In this document: positions 45,205 through 59,460 of the stretch, in pieces
Layout: the number at the start of each line of letters is the position of its first letter
How positions within the stretch are numbered: the first letter of the stretch is position 1
Assembly (NCBI GenBank): GCA_963924565.1
Contig: OZ004614.1
Coordinates: forward strand, 9,734,001 to 9,798,000
Length of the DNA stretch: 64,000 nt
Source: Ascidiella aspersa
Lineage: Eukaryota
Direction: 5' to 3'
Notes under the pieces: model-generated
The model's database searches: none
Told to the model about the DNA's origin: nothing
Seen by the model: the letters and a program-made list of their open reading frames with translations, nothing else
Position numbers and translations under genes: made by a program

Positions 45205-47646
45205 ATGAGACTAATAGTGTTTGGATCTACTGGTCTGACAGGGCTAGCTGTGTTGAAATTAAGCACGTCAGATCCAGGTATACTTAGTTTTATTTTTTAG
45301 AAAATGTTACCAATTAAAAAACACCTAGAAAAATTATGCTAATTACTCACCTTATGTACAATGTATTTAATTCTTGATTTTTAATCAACTTATTCCGCCA
45401 CTATGGATTCTATAAAATTTTGCCTATAGATTATCCTTATGTAAATTAATAATAAAAAACAACAATTGTTCACAATATTCGTATGAAAATATTTATTTTT
45501 AGACCTCCAGGTTACTGCTTTTGTAAGAAAACCATCCAAGATTCCAGAAGACATTCGCAGCAAAGTGAAAGTTGTGGTTGGTGATGTGCACAATGTGGAA
45601 GATGTGAAAAATGCTCTGGAAGGACAAGATGCAGTTATTTCTTGCCTCGGGGGACCCATCTCCTTTTTTAGTATGTATTGCAATATTGACTTTTACTAAA
45701 TATATATGTTAAGTTTTATATATGTTTTCCATTTTACAGCTCCTTTTTATATACTTTCTACTGGAATCAAACATGTTGTGGAGGGAATGAGAGAACATCA
45801 AATTAAAAAGCTGGCCGTTGTCAATAGTGGTAAGTTTCACGATGTAACTTTTAGTGATGTTTCTTTTTTGTCGGCTCATTGTAAAAACAATATCCTTTAG
45901 TTTAGTGGGCCTTATAAGCAAAATTGATTAAATTATCTGGAATGGTAATCAGTTTACAAGGCATAAGTCTGCCTAATTGTGTAGGGAAATTTGTAAGTCT
46001 ATAGTTACATCTTTTTAAAAAAATACTTTTTTAGTGCAACATACTATGTTGGATCTTAAAACCTGGCCGTACCGCACAAATCAATCTTCTATCAGATTGA
46101 AACCTGGTGTCAGACAATTACCAATACTACTAATTGATATCAGTTCCAGTCCAAAATTATTGGACATCAATTGTGAGGATTAACACATTTCAGTTAAAAA
46201 TCTGCTGTTTCAATCAACATAGTCAAATTTATTGCATGATGTGTAGCCTGATAAGGTACATTTTGAGCGAATTTTAAACTGAGAAAGACCTGTGTTTCAG
46301 GGATGTTCCTGCCTGGTAAATCTGTTCCGTTTTTTCTGAAGAACCTCCTGGCTGATCACAAGAGAGTTATTGACTTTCTTCACGGTGCAAAGGACATTGA
46401 ATGGACTCTATTAATGCCACCTTTCATCAAAGATTTACCAAACACTACAAACTATGACGTACGTTGTTAGTTTATTTTTAATGTAAGTTTAATGAATTGA
46501 ACAATAACGCTTACAGAATTGGCTGTTTGTTGGCATTTTATTGCCCTAACAAATAGAAACCTCTCTTTAATAAAATGACTAGCCTTTATTGAATATATAC
46601 TCTTTTAAATCATGACCTACGTCAATTTTTAAGTCGTTGGGATTAGTTACCATATTTTCTTGCGAATCAAACACCAACAAAATAAATAATGACAAGCAAG
46701 CTGTTTTGTACGCCAGAAGTAAGAACAATATGTCAGTTATCAAAACTCTATTAAATAAAACTCGTATGTCTACCGTTTTGATTCTCTGAAAGGGCCGAGT
46801 CCACTAAAATGATTAACTTCTGTCCACTAGTTGAGTGCTGTACATTCGAGTATACTGTTCACCAAGGTTTATACACGGTCAAAACTAGGGTATACAGATT
46901 ATGTCAGTGTTAATGTATGCCACAGCTGTAACAGAATGTATTTGGAATTCATCCTGGCCTAACTTATATTTATTAAACTGCCAAGAAGATCTTATCTGAA
47001 CTATCTCAATTTTTGAACAACTAATTTAGCATGAAGAGGTAGATGCAGCATGGCGGGACTGACAGTGACTCTATTGTTTCAACTACGTAACTGTCCAAAA
47101 AGTACATTCCTTTATGGGTGTTTATATCGTTACTTGATTTGAAAAGACCTTTTTTGAGCCCAAATGCGCTCAACTTAACAAGGTTGTTCGCGCTTCCTGT
47201 CAATCTTTACCGTATTTTAAATAGCAACATAGCATCAAGAGTAAGGCCTAATTCATATTACAATTTGCGCCCATTTGGACAATTAAGACAATCAAAATAT
47301 ATCGCGTCTGCAAGTTTACGAATCTGATCACGATACTCTTCATCCAAAATATCGGTTATCGGCGCCGGAATAAAATGCCAATTAACGAACATCCCTAATA
47401 TAGTATGCTTTATACTTTAAGGTTGCAATCAACAAGATTCCAGGTGGTAGTACAGTGGCTGCGCAGGACATGGCTCACTGGATGCTTTCCTACATGAAAG
47501 ATGAGAAAAGTACAGACGAATACCGCCACCAGATGGTCGGCATTTCCTCTACCTACCCGTCGGCTTTTCCTCGCAAAAGCGTTTTTGCAGTTGCCGGCCT
47601 AGCAGTGCTTGCTGCTGCGGTAGTGTATTACGTGAGGTATCTGTGA
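45205..47646 (+). CDS. BLVRB: BLVRB-like paralog 2 with C-terminal hydrophobic extension, 237 aa
   Basis: Exons 45205-45277, 45503-45670, 45740-45829, 46301-46458, 47422-47646(TGA). Identical exon phases and first four exon lengths to paralog 1. Ends ...VGISSTYPSAFPRKSVFAVAGLAVLAAAVVYYVRYL*. Confidence 0.9.
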
Positions 47647-48571
47647 GAAACTGCAGCTCACATGATATAACTGTATCAAGTTGTGAAACTGTAAGACTAT
47701 TTCCGACTAATAAGATTTGTTTTTGGTAAATCGACGCAAAAAGTTTTTTCCACTTAATTGGATTAATGTGTTCTAAACGTATATTTGTCGTGGATATAAC
47801 AGGGTTTCCGCAAAATCCTTAAAAGTTTTTCAATGTCTTTAAATTGATTTACGCAGTGAAAAGTCTCAGATAAACCCTATGTTTTTTTCAGAAGTTTTTG
47901 AATAGTCTTTCAATTTATTTTATATACAGCTTAAGTTATGTATTTATAAAGTTTAGAAACATCACTAATCATCTAAAAAATTTCTTTGAAAAATTTATTC
48001 ATTTGTGTGACAACCCTAATCGTACATCGTTTGTAGTTTTCGATTTAAGTATTTTTTTATTTCATATTGCATCTTTTAATTAACATGTGTACTCTCGGCA
48101 TATTCGTGAAATTATCAAACTTTACTCGTATAGTTTTTCTTTAATCGCAGTATTTTGTTAAATATAAATTGCTTTCAGCCTATAGTTCACTTTTGTTTCG
48201 TGAATATTTGGTTTCGTCCTTTGCACTACTATACTCTTTATTTCATTTCTCTGTGATGATAGCTTGCTGGAACTATTTTAAATATTGCGTTATATTTGTC
48301 TTATGTTTACCCTTAAATTGTCTTGGCAGCAGTACGTTAAAAAATTATGTTTTTTCATGAGGATAATAAAGTACAGAGTTCAAACTCAATTTATTTTTCG
48401 CACCACAATATGGTAGGCTGTAGCCCAAAAACGTTAAGCCACTGATCAATGGTTTGCACTTCCAATAGCAAACAAATTATCACAATTTAACTGGATTTGA
48501 GAACAACTTGTTTCAAGTTTAAACGAATCTCTCTTGTGCCACCTGCCGCCTGCATGTAACGCTATTTAAAC

Positions 48572-48979
48572 CAGTGGTCGGCAACCGCCGGTCCGCGAGG
48601 AGTTCGTTACCGGTCCGTAGCTGGGTTTCCAGATTAAATTTTTGATTAAAAAACAAAAGACATGAAATAAGTCAAAAATAATTAAATGTAGTATTCTATT
48701 AAAAACACATTAACTTTCGTTTAAATATACTCCATGGTTGATTCTAATGATAAAAAATCAATATTAGTATTAAGCAATCGTTCAAAACAAACCAGTGTGC
48801 TGTGGCCATATGAGTTGCATTGCAAAATTATTTATTATTTCGATGTTCAGGTAGGAAAGTTTTAGAAACAAACGTATTTTGTAATACATTACTGAACATT
48901 TGTTTTCTTTTAAGGCTGGTCCGCGGATAAATTTTAGTTTCAAAACGGTCCGCAGGGCCAAAAAGGTTGCCGACCCCTG
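48572..48979. mobile_element. hAT/Charlie-like MITE
   Basis: TIRs cagtggtcggcaacc / ggttgccgacccctg; perfect TSD atttaaac. Confidence 0.9.
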
Positions 48980-51900
48980 ATTTAAACGACAATAAAATAT
49001 TTGATATTTCATTTTGACGATCTACAGTAGCCTTGTCTGGTAATTGTAATTCTTTCGGCAACCTTAGCAAATCGTCTTCGTCAGTTTGGAACAATTACCA
49101 GAGGAGCTTATTTTGATTAATTAAAAAAAACATTATTCTACCGCATAAAATAATTCTTTATTCGTGTCAAAGGATGTAGGTCTCAATACGTTTGCTTGTT
49201 ACAAGCGCCCGGTTATTTGACAAATAGATGAATAGATCTATCAAATAGCATTCCATATGCCAGCGTTATTACGCAGTTTCAAATAACCAAGCCGACTTAC
49301 TCAATCGGAAAGACAACCGCATCAAATAGCCTTTTGTAGGCGTTTCGTAGGCATGTGCCTCTATTGAAGCGATAACATGTATGTGGAACAGAATGTCCAA
49401 CCGTGGCAATATAATAGCCTTTGATTATTTATAATATTTCCGGTTTTGTAAACACAGCTTTTTTTCTTTCCAGTCAGTTACAGTAACTCGACTACGTTTA
49501 CGGTTTGTAATCTGTAAAATGAAGCAGGTTGCTTGGATGACAGAAAAAAGTATACTCTTCTAAAACGTCAAGGTTAAACTAACTTGCCTATGTATTCGTA
49601 GGCCTTCAGTGTGCTTTACAATTTACATAGAATCTTTTTAACAAGATTAGCCTACTGCTCTTTAACAGCAGCCACTAGACATAAATAAAAGTTTTTTTGG
49701 TTATCAGGGTCTTTTTCTTATTAGATGCCAGGTTCGTTTACTTATAGGACTTCAAAGAGGTTATTCTCGTCTATATTTTGAGCTATTCTTTCTATGCTAA
49801 GATTTACAACGACTGAAACCAGGTAAAGTATTTTGGTCGCCTCTTGAAAACCTCGGTTTTTCGTAGGACGCGTTAGCGCTCCCTATAACAAAGATTTAAA
49901 CACAATAATTTCAAATTAATTTTAATTTGTGCGTGGTAAAAAATAAAGGTGGTGCAACAAATCAACTGCTGGGTCCCGTAGTCTTGCTTGATTGTTTCGC
50001 CTTGTAAAAATCCTGCATGCCTCGCGCTGACCGCCGCCGTTGCGTCATACCAAAAACCTCAACATCAAAACCCACGCACAGTGATCGATGGGCCTACGTA
50101 GCCGCGCCATCCATTGGTATGCTTCAACAAATTGGAGCAAAATAGTTCTGATCTAATTTGGATATTACCAACAAATTCTACTTTGTCCAACGGCATTTTT
50201 ATTATTTCAGTCAAAAAAAGATATTGAATTAAACCTCTTTCGTCGGAACAACTGGTATGTAATTTCTACAGTTTGAAAAACATATATGCTATGCCCAAAA
50301 GCATAACATTAAAACAGGAATATTTACAATTCACATTCTTATTAGAATAATTTGCGATTTAAATTAAATTGATTGTGAATAACTAAATGTAATTCTAGTT
50401 CGAATTTTAGTTCAAGTTCGTTTTTTTTTAAATTCGGTAATTCTAATTCCAATCTAATTTAAGAAAACTCAAAATCATCTAATTCTAATTCTAATCTAAC
50501 TTGGAAAAAAATGAAATGATCTAATTTTAATTCTAATCTAATTTTAAAAAGCTAAAATAAATCTAGTTGTCCATCTGCTCGCAAGCGCTCAAACCCTAGC
50601 AAGGGTACACGGCTACACGCGCGTATCAAATTACCTGCAAGAGAGGAAGTCAGTCAAACAGAAGAAGGCCGCCGTCAACTCTGACTGTAGCCAAAGTGCA
50701 GGGCAAGGTTTGTGTAGTGAGCGGCTGGCCACAGGCGTGCTGGGGTTTTATTTTTGCTTGTCGCGTTCAGGGAGAGTTTGCTCGGCGACAAGGTGACGGG
50801 ATTTCCTGTTCACGCTGGCGTACCGCGTGATCGCTGCCAGCCAAAAGTGGCCAGTCGAGCGTGCTTGACTGACAGCGGCGCCCAGAAGATCAGGGGATGT
50901 GCCGAGGGGTGTCGAGTGTTAACAAACCTGTCGCGGACCATGTAGGGCAGAAAATTATCGAGTGGTCTCTTTTTCTCGGTAGAGTTCGACTGTTGATTTG
51001 AATCAGACGAGGCGAGTTTCGATTTGTTTTTTAGTGCTGTATTGCTGTCTGCGCCCGAATTTTAGTTTGCTTTCAGAAAACAACGGAAATTAGTTTTTTT
51101 ACTCCAACTGCAACTTTATTTGAGCGCAAGGGTTGGGTTCGCTTTTCTACGGTACCGGTTTACGCTTAAAAAACGAACGCGGCGTATAAGCCCGTACCAC
51201 AAACAGACAGGAAGTGCATGTAATTACACATACAAAACAATGCAGTGACAACGAGAGAAAAAATCGGCGTCTGAACGAATTGTTTTGAGTTTTCGACGAA
51301 CGCTGTAGAAGTTTTTCTCGCTGTGCAGAACATTGTTAGCATTTCACATCGGTTGTCCGACTTAGTTACGCGCTTATTGGAGTTTTCAGTATAAAACGAT
51401 TTAAGCATTGGTGTATTGCATGTTTATTTGCGCATTTTTGCAATTGTAATTTGTCGAAAATCCGTCGCCAAACGGCCAACAAACTTCAGTAGAAATAAGT
51501 GAATAATTTTAGAGCATAATGGCTGGAGTGGAGGTAATATAATTGGCGTATAATGAAAATCAAAGCTCATTCCACTTATACTATAGTGTATGGCCTTTTT
51601 ACATTCATCTACCGCATTGATCGACAAACTTTGGACCGCGGTACAAATGTAGGCCTTTTAGCAATTTTTAGTTAGTCGCAAGCTATTCATTCATATTTCA
51701 GTTAAACTATAAATGCCATTATTGCGAGTATATTGGGATTTCTGTTACGTACCTCACGCGTCAGGTATCCTTTAACTCCCCATTAACAATCCTGGCGTAT
51801 TGGTTAAACGTAGTTTGTCTGAAAATGCTTCTGAACGAGTATTTTGGCCACGACAAAAATATTTGCCGACCACTGATGTACAACTTAACAAATTTTTTTG

Positions 51901-52170
51901 TTTTGGAAAACAGAAATATCGCCGAAATAGGACAACAAAACAGCATCAGGGTGCGCGTCACTGCCCAAATCAGATTTGTTCGCCGTTTTTTTCTGGAATC
52001 TTTTTAAACGTGAGAAGCAGGAAGCAGATTGGCTCTTTTTCAGCGCCGTTTTCTCGCGGCATTTACCGATAGCATCACCGAACGTAAATACTCGCCAAGT
52101 TTGGCGGGAGCCGGCGAAGTTTTCAAGCAAACAAACAACCCGACCCCCGAGCGAACTTTGGGTCAGTGCT

Positions 52171-55100
52171 ATGGAGAATGGAAGCGTAATTTGGCGGCAT
52201 CCTTGTCGCCTTCACTTCAGAAGCGACCTTGTGCCCTACACCATGGTCGTCGTGGTCGAGGTGAGTCTATCGTGGTTTGCAAATAGAACGACTGTTTCTA
52301 CTTTAAGGCACTTGCTCGCCATTGAGTACTTATTTTAGCTGCCGTGTCTTGGAGATTAATTGGGCTTAAATGAAACGCGAAATAAACAGAGCACGTTCTA
52401 TATACGTCGGTGGTCGACAATATACTTAATTTTCTTATTCATGGGACTTCTTGGTTAAAACTGGTACCAAACAGTGTACGTAACCGTTCAAATGGTACGC
52501 GAATAGAAAACATAATGAGGATCACTAAGTTGATCAAAGTTCCTTGGGCAAAGGGCAATGATTTTGTGAGCCACATGTTGCTCGCGGGATGGGTTTGGAC
52601 CACCTGTATTCAGATAATTAAATATGTAATGATATCGAAAAGCAATAAAATGTTACTCTTATTTCAACTGTATTCAACTTACCTGTTTTAAAACAAGGGC
52701 GAAAGGAAAATTTCTGACGTTTTCTAGAAATGCTGAAGCTTTGCGGAGTTTTATATCTTGAACGTGACGTTTAATTAATGTTGACAAACGCTTTGCCATG
52801 CCAATATCTGCCGAATGAACCCCTAATTTTTATTTCACGCATTTCCGGTTGCATTTGGGAATTTACGTGGTGCCTTTGGCTCACGATCAATGGTTGAATA
52901 GAATCAAGCAGAATTTCGCTCGTCTTTTTTTGTAGGGGCCAGCAATTATTTCGGGCAACATTGCTAAACTAAAAAATTGATCAATTGACGAAAAGGTAAA
53001 CTATAGGAAATCCTGTCATCAACGAAACATTGGGCAAAAAATACATTTTATTTTGAAGCGGGGAGCGAGCATAAGTTATTCGGCCGCGTACTACCTATAG
53101 CTCGCAATAAAACAAGGCTTAAGCCGCATAACAGGCCCAATCTAACTGCCAACAATGCTGCATGCGTCAAACGCCATTGATAAACAGTCGTCGGTGTTGG
53201 CGCAAACGGAATACGGGCCGTGCGGGGCCTTGTAAAGCGACCCTTGCCGTCATTTCCTCCACTTGTGCTTCGCGATTCTACCTGACACTTGTACCTTAAG
53301 CCCGCCAGCAGTTGCCTTTGAAAAAACTCGTTTCGTTCGTCAGTTTTGTACTCGTATGGGTCAAAGACGGCTACCAATTATTAAACGAGACTTAGTTTTA
53401 GTTATTTATTGGAAAACAATCGATCTTTTCTCGACGCTGAAAGGTAAAAAACAACTTATTTGCCCTACAAGCCTCTCTGGTTTCAGTAATCACCTTTATA
53501 AGTCATCTACCATCATTTTATTTTTTTGATTTTATTATGTCTTAACTCCAATCTTTAGAAAATCCTGGCCCTTTTTGTAACCTCCCCAAAACTTTTCGAA
53601 TTGGAAGAAATTGGAAAAATAGAAGAATTTGGAATAAATAAAAAAATATAAAACAAATTAAAATACGCATTGTATTTCCAATGCAAGGATTGTGCTCACC
53701 TTGCATGAACATAATAGCATTTTATACTGATGTCTTGGATTTAAAATTGGGCCCTTCTGTTGTTTAGAATAACAAATTTACTACAATGACGTTATGTAGT
53801 TTGGCGATTATTAAACTGTTTCAACCAGTCCCCTCGTCTGCGTTCAAAACGTTTGGCATTATACAAAAACTAATACATGGCATGAAAATACTTTATCGTT
53901 TGCCAGTAAAAAAACAATCATGCCCCACCAAGTTTTTTATTTTGCCTCACTAAAATTTTGCGGGACACATTTGGGGCGGACCACCACATAATTACTTTGT
54001 GTTTTTTTCGAAATAAGATTCGACTCTATAATGGCAAGTACACCAAGTTAACACATGGTTGTACATTTACCCCGGTCTGCGGTTATGGTTTAGTCATCAC
54101 TTCGGGAATGGCGAGTGCGGCGCAAAAGGTGCACCTGACGTTTTGACAGACCAAGCTAAAACGGGCAACAACCGTTTTCATCCGTCACGCTGGTGACTGA
54201 CTAATTGCAAATGCGAATCACGCTCCTAGTTTATTTCTGCACAGTTTGCAAACCAGCTCGGCGAAACATCAACAAACCGCTCCGCGCCACGCACGTGACA
54301 ATCGGGGACGGAATGACGTCATCCGGATGGTTGACCCGATGCGCGTAGGCCCTCTGCGCAGTGCGACAGGCCGACTGTTGGCCTTCGTGTTTTTTTGCCT
54401 TTGTAGAGTTCTTGAATAGTTTTAGAAATACACCTAAATTCCCTAACGCAGTGGTTTGAACCCATCGGGGCATTTGTACAATCTTTCGGATGTGTGGAAT
54501 AAGTAACCAAAAGTTATTAAGTTGTTTTTGGGTATTAATACACAACAAGTGTTAAGGCCAGCGTACGAGGGTTTGTATTGTTGTATGAAGAAACCACCCA
54601 ACCTGTGAATAGAAACGAGTGACGTGAGGAATAAGCATATGGTTAAAATTTCCAAAGAAAAATCCAACTACGACGTATCACAAGTAAGCACTTTTAGGAA
54701 ACCAATCCGAAAAAAAATTTGGATAATTATATACACAACCATACACATGATCATATGTTATCTTTTCCTCATCACTCACATGTCTACACACTATATTCAA
54801 GCGCAATTATTTCGCAGCTGTAGTTGCAATGCGGGGAACTAGGCCAGATGTTCTTATTATTTTCGATGTATGATTGTGGTAAACACTCCGTGTGCGGTTT
54901 TCGGGGAGTTTAAGATTAGATTCGCAGCCGTTGTTTATTTGCTAACTATCGCTCTGAGGCCGACTGGTTTGGGAAATTTCGTCTTCCTCTAATTTTAGAC
55001 GAAAATAAAGTATGGTTGAAACGTTTTGTAAGTCTAACGCCGCTTGAACGGCGCCTCCGCTCTATTCAATGTCGATCTTTGAGAAATCCACGACCTCGTG

Positions 55101-57878
55101 AGTTTTATGAGTTGCAAATATTTATTTTTTAGGCGTCAAAAATATTGCCACTAAAATCTTCTAATTAACATATTTTTTTTTCCTATTTGTTTCGATTTTT
55201 GCCACGCTTAACATCGGAAACAACACTTTATGCCAGCCCTGGGCAAACGACGACCCACGAGCCAGGTCAAGCTTGCCAAGCAATTTAGTCCGACCCGGGG
55301 CCAAATGTTCATAAAACTTTTTGAAGCAAATATAGGCCTTTACGATTTTTTCAAATTTTAAAAGATGTTATTGAACAAATTACACTTGATAGGCATCCTT
55401 ACGTATTTCTAATCACATCGGCTTGTCTAAACAAGGATAATTTCTGCTGACAATTACATTTTATATTAGGTGTATTTCCGATACCTTTTTGACTCAGTCC
55501 TCCAAGATAATTTCTGTTTCTCAAGTGTCCGCCTGTCAAAAATAATTGCCCACCCCTTTTATGACGTACATTGTTTGTTATTGTATACACCCGTTGAAAG
55601 TGATTATTGTGTAAATTTCGATACACGTTAAGTACACTATACAGTAGGATATCAAACACATGTAGTCATCTAATTTCTTGAGCAGAAACACTAAAAAAAA
55701 GTTTTCAAACAAATCTCAATATTTGAAAGTATGATGTAAATTTTCGCTAATAAACATGTGCCATATATCGTATCAGTAACAAAATTACCTTGTGGCCAAA
55801 CTCAAAATACACAATTATGTGATGTAAATGTTTCAAACGAATATGTAATTTTTAAGTAATGTCAATAGTGTACAAAATAGTCTTTTGGACTTACAAAGTC
55901 AAATATTCGGCGAAACGGACTTTTATTCCCGCAAAAGTTTATTTTTAATTTTTATTAAATTTTGTAGTCAAAATTTCTACCTATATTAAATAACTTCCCT
56001 CTTTTTTACCTATATAGTAAGGGTTTACGAACCACCGGTCTGGCGGGGATCTCAATGTAAATTTGCAAACTTTTCAGGAAAACGGAGTCCGCATGCAAAA
56101 CTGACTAATTGCTCGTATTGTTTTCGTGTCGTGTCCATTCTGTCAACAAACGAGGCACGCAATATAACCTCATCTGTTTAAAACAACCGCTGAACGGATA
56201 TCCGGCTGTAGTTAAAACGCGCAGTGGCTTAGCTTCGAGGAAAATATATTTGACCATTCACTGTTTAGGCTTACCATATTTCATTTCCTAGACCAGTGGT
56301 TCTCAACCTTTTATGCTTCGTGGCAGGGCTGCGGAGTCGGTTAAAAATAACCCGAGTCCGACTCCGGCGAAAAAAATAAACCCGAGTCCGACTCCGCTCA
56401 AATGTGCGATTTCGTCGAGTCCCGAGTCCGGCCCTGACTCTACAGCCTGTATTTCACCAATTTACGTAACTAAAATAACGTGGATATTCAGCAATCCACT
56501 TATAGGGGTGTCGTATATTTCATTCACTTACAAATACATGGTTGGAAAATATTCCACCTTTACAATTTCCATTTGGCGGCCATGTCAGTTTTAAAATTCG
56601 GTTCTGCGCATGCGCATGTCGGACTCGAGACTCTGGTAGTTTTACAAGGTCTTACTCGAGTCCCGAGTCCGACTCCAGCAAAAACAAACCGACTCCGACT
56701 CCGCATCCCTGTTTCGTGGCCCCTTCGATAGGCTCTCAACCCTTGTGCCCCCCTGCTTGTAAAAAAGACCTAGCATTGCATTTACGTGTTTTCACTTATG
56801 TTACTTCTCCACGTCAGTAACAAACAGCAATTAAATGAAGTCTAACAAATAAATTTATGCTTACTTTCTAATATATTAACAAACTGTTTTTCACTTGAAA
56901 TTAGCGTAATTATAGTCATTGCAAAACTCATTCTTGTACTCCGCCAAGGTATTTTAATTAGGCTCGGTTTTGTTTCAAGCCATTTCGTTTAATTCACGCA
57001 AGATCAGAAAATCCAGCTTCGCAAAGATATTAATACTGGCGACTTAAAAGCACATTACGACGGCCTTATTGCTGAGTATAGTGAGTACGAATCTCGAATA
57101 AACACAAAAAACGGGGGGTGTTACTTTTGTTATTATGTGGCAGTTTCATTGCAGTCATGAAAGTGAAAGTCTGTGTTTTATATAACGCCTTTTCACGCCA
57201 ATTATAGGTTTGAACTTTCGCGATAAACTACCCATAATAGTTCTGGTTGTTTAACAAGATGTTTGAAACATTTACGCGGTTCCACATACAGTTATACGTG
57301 CAATCAGTGTTGTAAACAAGTCATTCATAAATAATTAATGTCCCAGCCAAGTCATTCGTAATTAACGTTAAGTTCAAGTGAATTTTTTCGAATAGATAGC
57401 AAGTCGCAGTCCAAGTCAAATTGCTAAAAAAATTCATTTCAACCCATGCCATTTGTCCTAAAGACTTGAGTCAATTCAAGTCATTTAAAAATAGTAATCT
57501 ATGAGTATACGTAAGTCAAGTCGAAATGTTCTACTCCATTGCTTACACTTTGCCATTTTCTAACAAAACTATTTAAAACATTTTTAAAACGGTAGCCTTC
57601 TTTAGTGTACCTCTTTAACCTACAATGATTTTGATGTACAGTTTCCCATTTTTTCACAGTGCTTATTCAACTTGCTTGTCGTGGTCGCCATCGCCTTCAA
57701 TCGAAGCAAACTCAAGCACAATCACGTCTACTGTTACGTCACAAGCGTGCTGACCGCCAACATGGCACTGGGCCTGCTGTTCACCTACACACTGGTCAAC
57801 TACATGATCGCCTTCGAACGGAACCACAGCCCAGCGGAAAACGTGACCCACAGGTGGGAGAAGGCTACAAATGGCCAG
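52171..57878 (+). CDS. Divergent class-A (rhodopsin-like) GPCR, first two coding exons (partial)
   Basis: Exon 52171-52260 (MENGSVIWRHPCRLHFRSDLVPYTMVVVVE|gtgag) splices in phase 0 to 57660-57853/57878 (CLFNLLVVVAIAFNRSKLKHNHVYCYVTSVLTANMALGLLFTYTLVNYMIAF...). Shows an N-terminal NGS sequon, a TM1 N-x-L-V motif, a basic ICL1 and TM2. Confidence 0.65.
56324..56711. mobile_element. hAT-type MITE (GAGTC/GACTC subterminal repeats) nested in an older element that starts at 56294
   Basis: TIRs cagggctgcggagtcgg / ccgactccgcatccctg; TSD cttcgtgg/tttcgtgg. It interrupts cagtggttctcaacctttt... Confidence 0.88.
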
Positions 57879-59460
57879 GTTTTAGAGGTTTAAAGATATT
57901 AACGTAACTTCCTTTGCAAACCTGAAATCGCGATTCCATCGGACACCAATTGGCGTCATTACTGTACTCACAAGCAAACCGACGAAATTAAAACTTCCAA
58001 GTGAAACTGTGTTTATGGTCATTAGGAAATAATTTGCTTCAGTGTAATTAGTAACCTACTGATGTTAAGTAAGTTCAGCTTTTAAATTCTCTGCGTTTCA
58101 TCGAAAATCATGGCTAGAATTGTTGTATTAATTTGGTATCAGATATGAACGGATACTACCCAATAGTATCGTACTAGTACCGATATGACCACTTTGGCAT
58201 CGGGTATTGGATCCGATCCGACATTATCGGACATCGCTACCATAATGTAACGACATGTCTTCGTTCAATAAACAAACACGACAAGAAAAACTATTGGCTA
58301 ATGTTTGGCTCGGGCATTATTAAACTTAGATATCTGATTCGTGATTGAAGCTAACTGTGCTTTAAAGGCACGATCACCCTTTTTTGTGAACCATATATTT
58401 ACTTTACCTTAACCGCGCATAAAATAAATTGAAATCTGCTTTTCGCTCTCGGAAGAATAATTTCTAATTTAAAAGAAACTAAAACGCGTTAAAAACGATG
58501 GGACGATACAAAAGCTTGACAACTTTGCAAATCGATTTGCACCAAAGGGAAACTTATTTGGCTGGGCCTTTGCTTATAAGCTACAAAACAAACAAAATAT
58601 CTGTATTAACGACAACTTTTTTTATTTGGAGAAAACTAATTTGGATTCCGAGTAATAAATTGCGAAACGAATTAAAGCCTAAATTTCGGCAGCCATTTTT
58701 GATCACAAGCACATACCCGGTAATGTGGTTCACTTGAAGCCCCACGAAGCGCAGAGTGGCGTCCGCGTGGGTTGGTAGGGCGTAACCCTATTTGACCCCA
58801 AACTTACCCAAAGCGCCGAATAGACAAAGCACGACGCTTTGGGGCTAGGGCGTCGGGCGGTCTGTTTTTTCTCGGAAACTGTACGCCGTATAGCACAGGC
58901 GCCCGACTAAGTCTAAAATCACGAGCAAACGTTCGATTTATATCGCGTCGTTCCCTGCCCGCTATACTGAGACATGACTCAATGAACGAAAATATTTTTC
59001 GATGCCAGGGTATATGAAAGATTATGTATTCGCGCGTCGCAATTATGGGTGGCGATACGTTCGGATCACGGCTGTTACGCGGGGACTTGATTAAAACTAT
59101 GTGCTGGTAATGTCGAAACATATTGGCATTATAGCCATGTTAGAAAACTAACGCAACGTTTTCTAATTAAAAGGTACATTTAATTATTAGAATGTATGAT
59201 ACTTCGCATTTTATTCCGATACCGATGATCACAGCTTTAGGCAAAAAATACTTTCGATCGAATCACAAGTGACAGTATGTTAGTATGGTTTACAGGCGAA
59301 ATTGATAAAATGGTAACGTACTAATGTAAAGTTTTCCAAGTTGTTAAGCTAAACATATTCATCACTCGGGCAAACTGCAGCTTCTTATAAACATGTTTGT
59401 GGCGTCCCCAACTCAATAGCAAGACTATAGTGTCACCTATTTCGACACCAATGATTTTGC

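Noticed and set aside
50600-50945. GC-rich segment as a coding exon
   Set aside because: No convincing domain or splice-consistent frame; more likely the promoter or 5' UTR of the GPCR.
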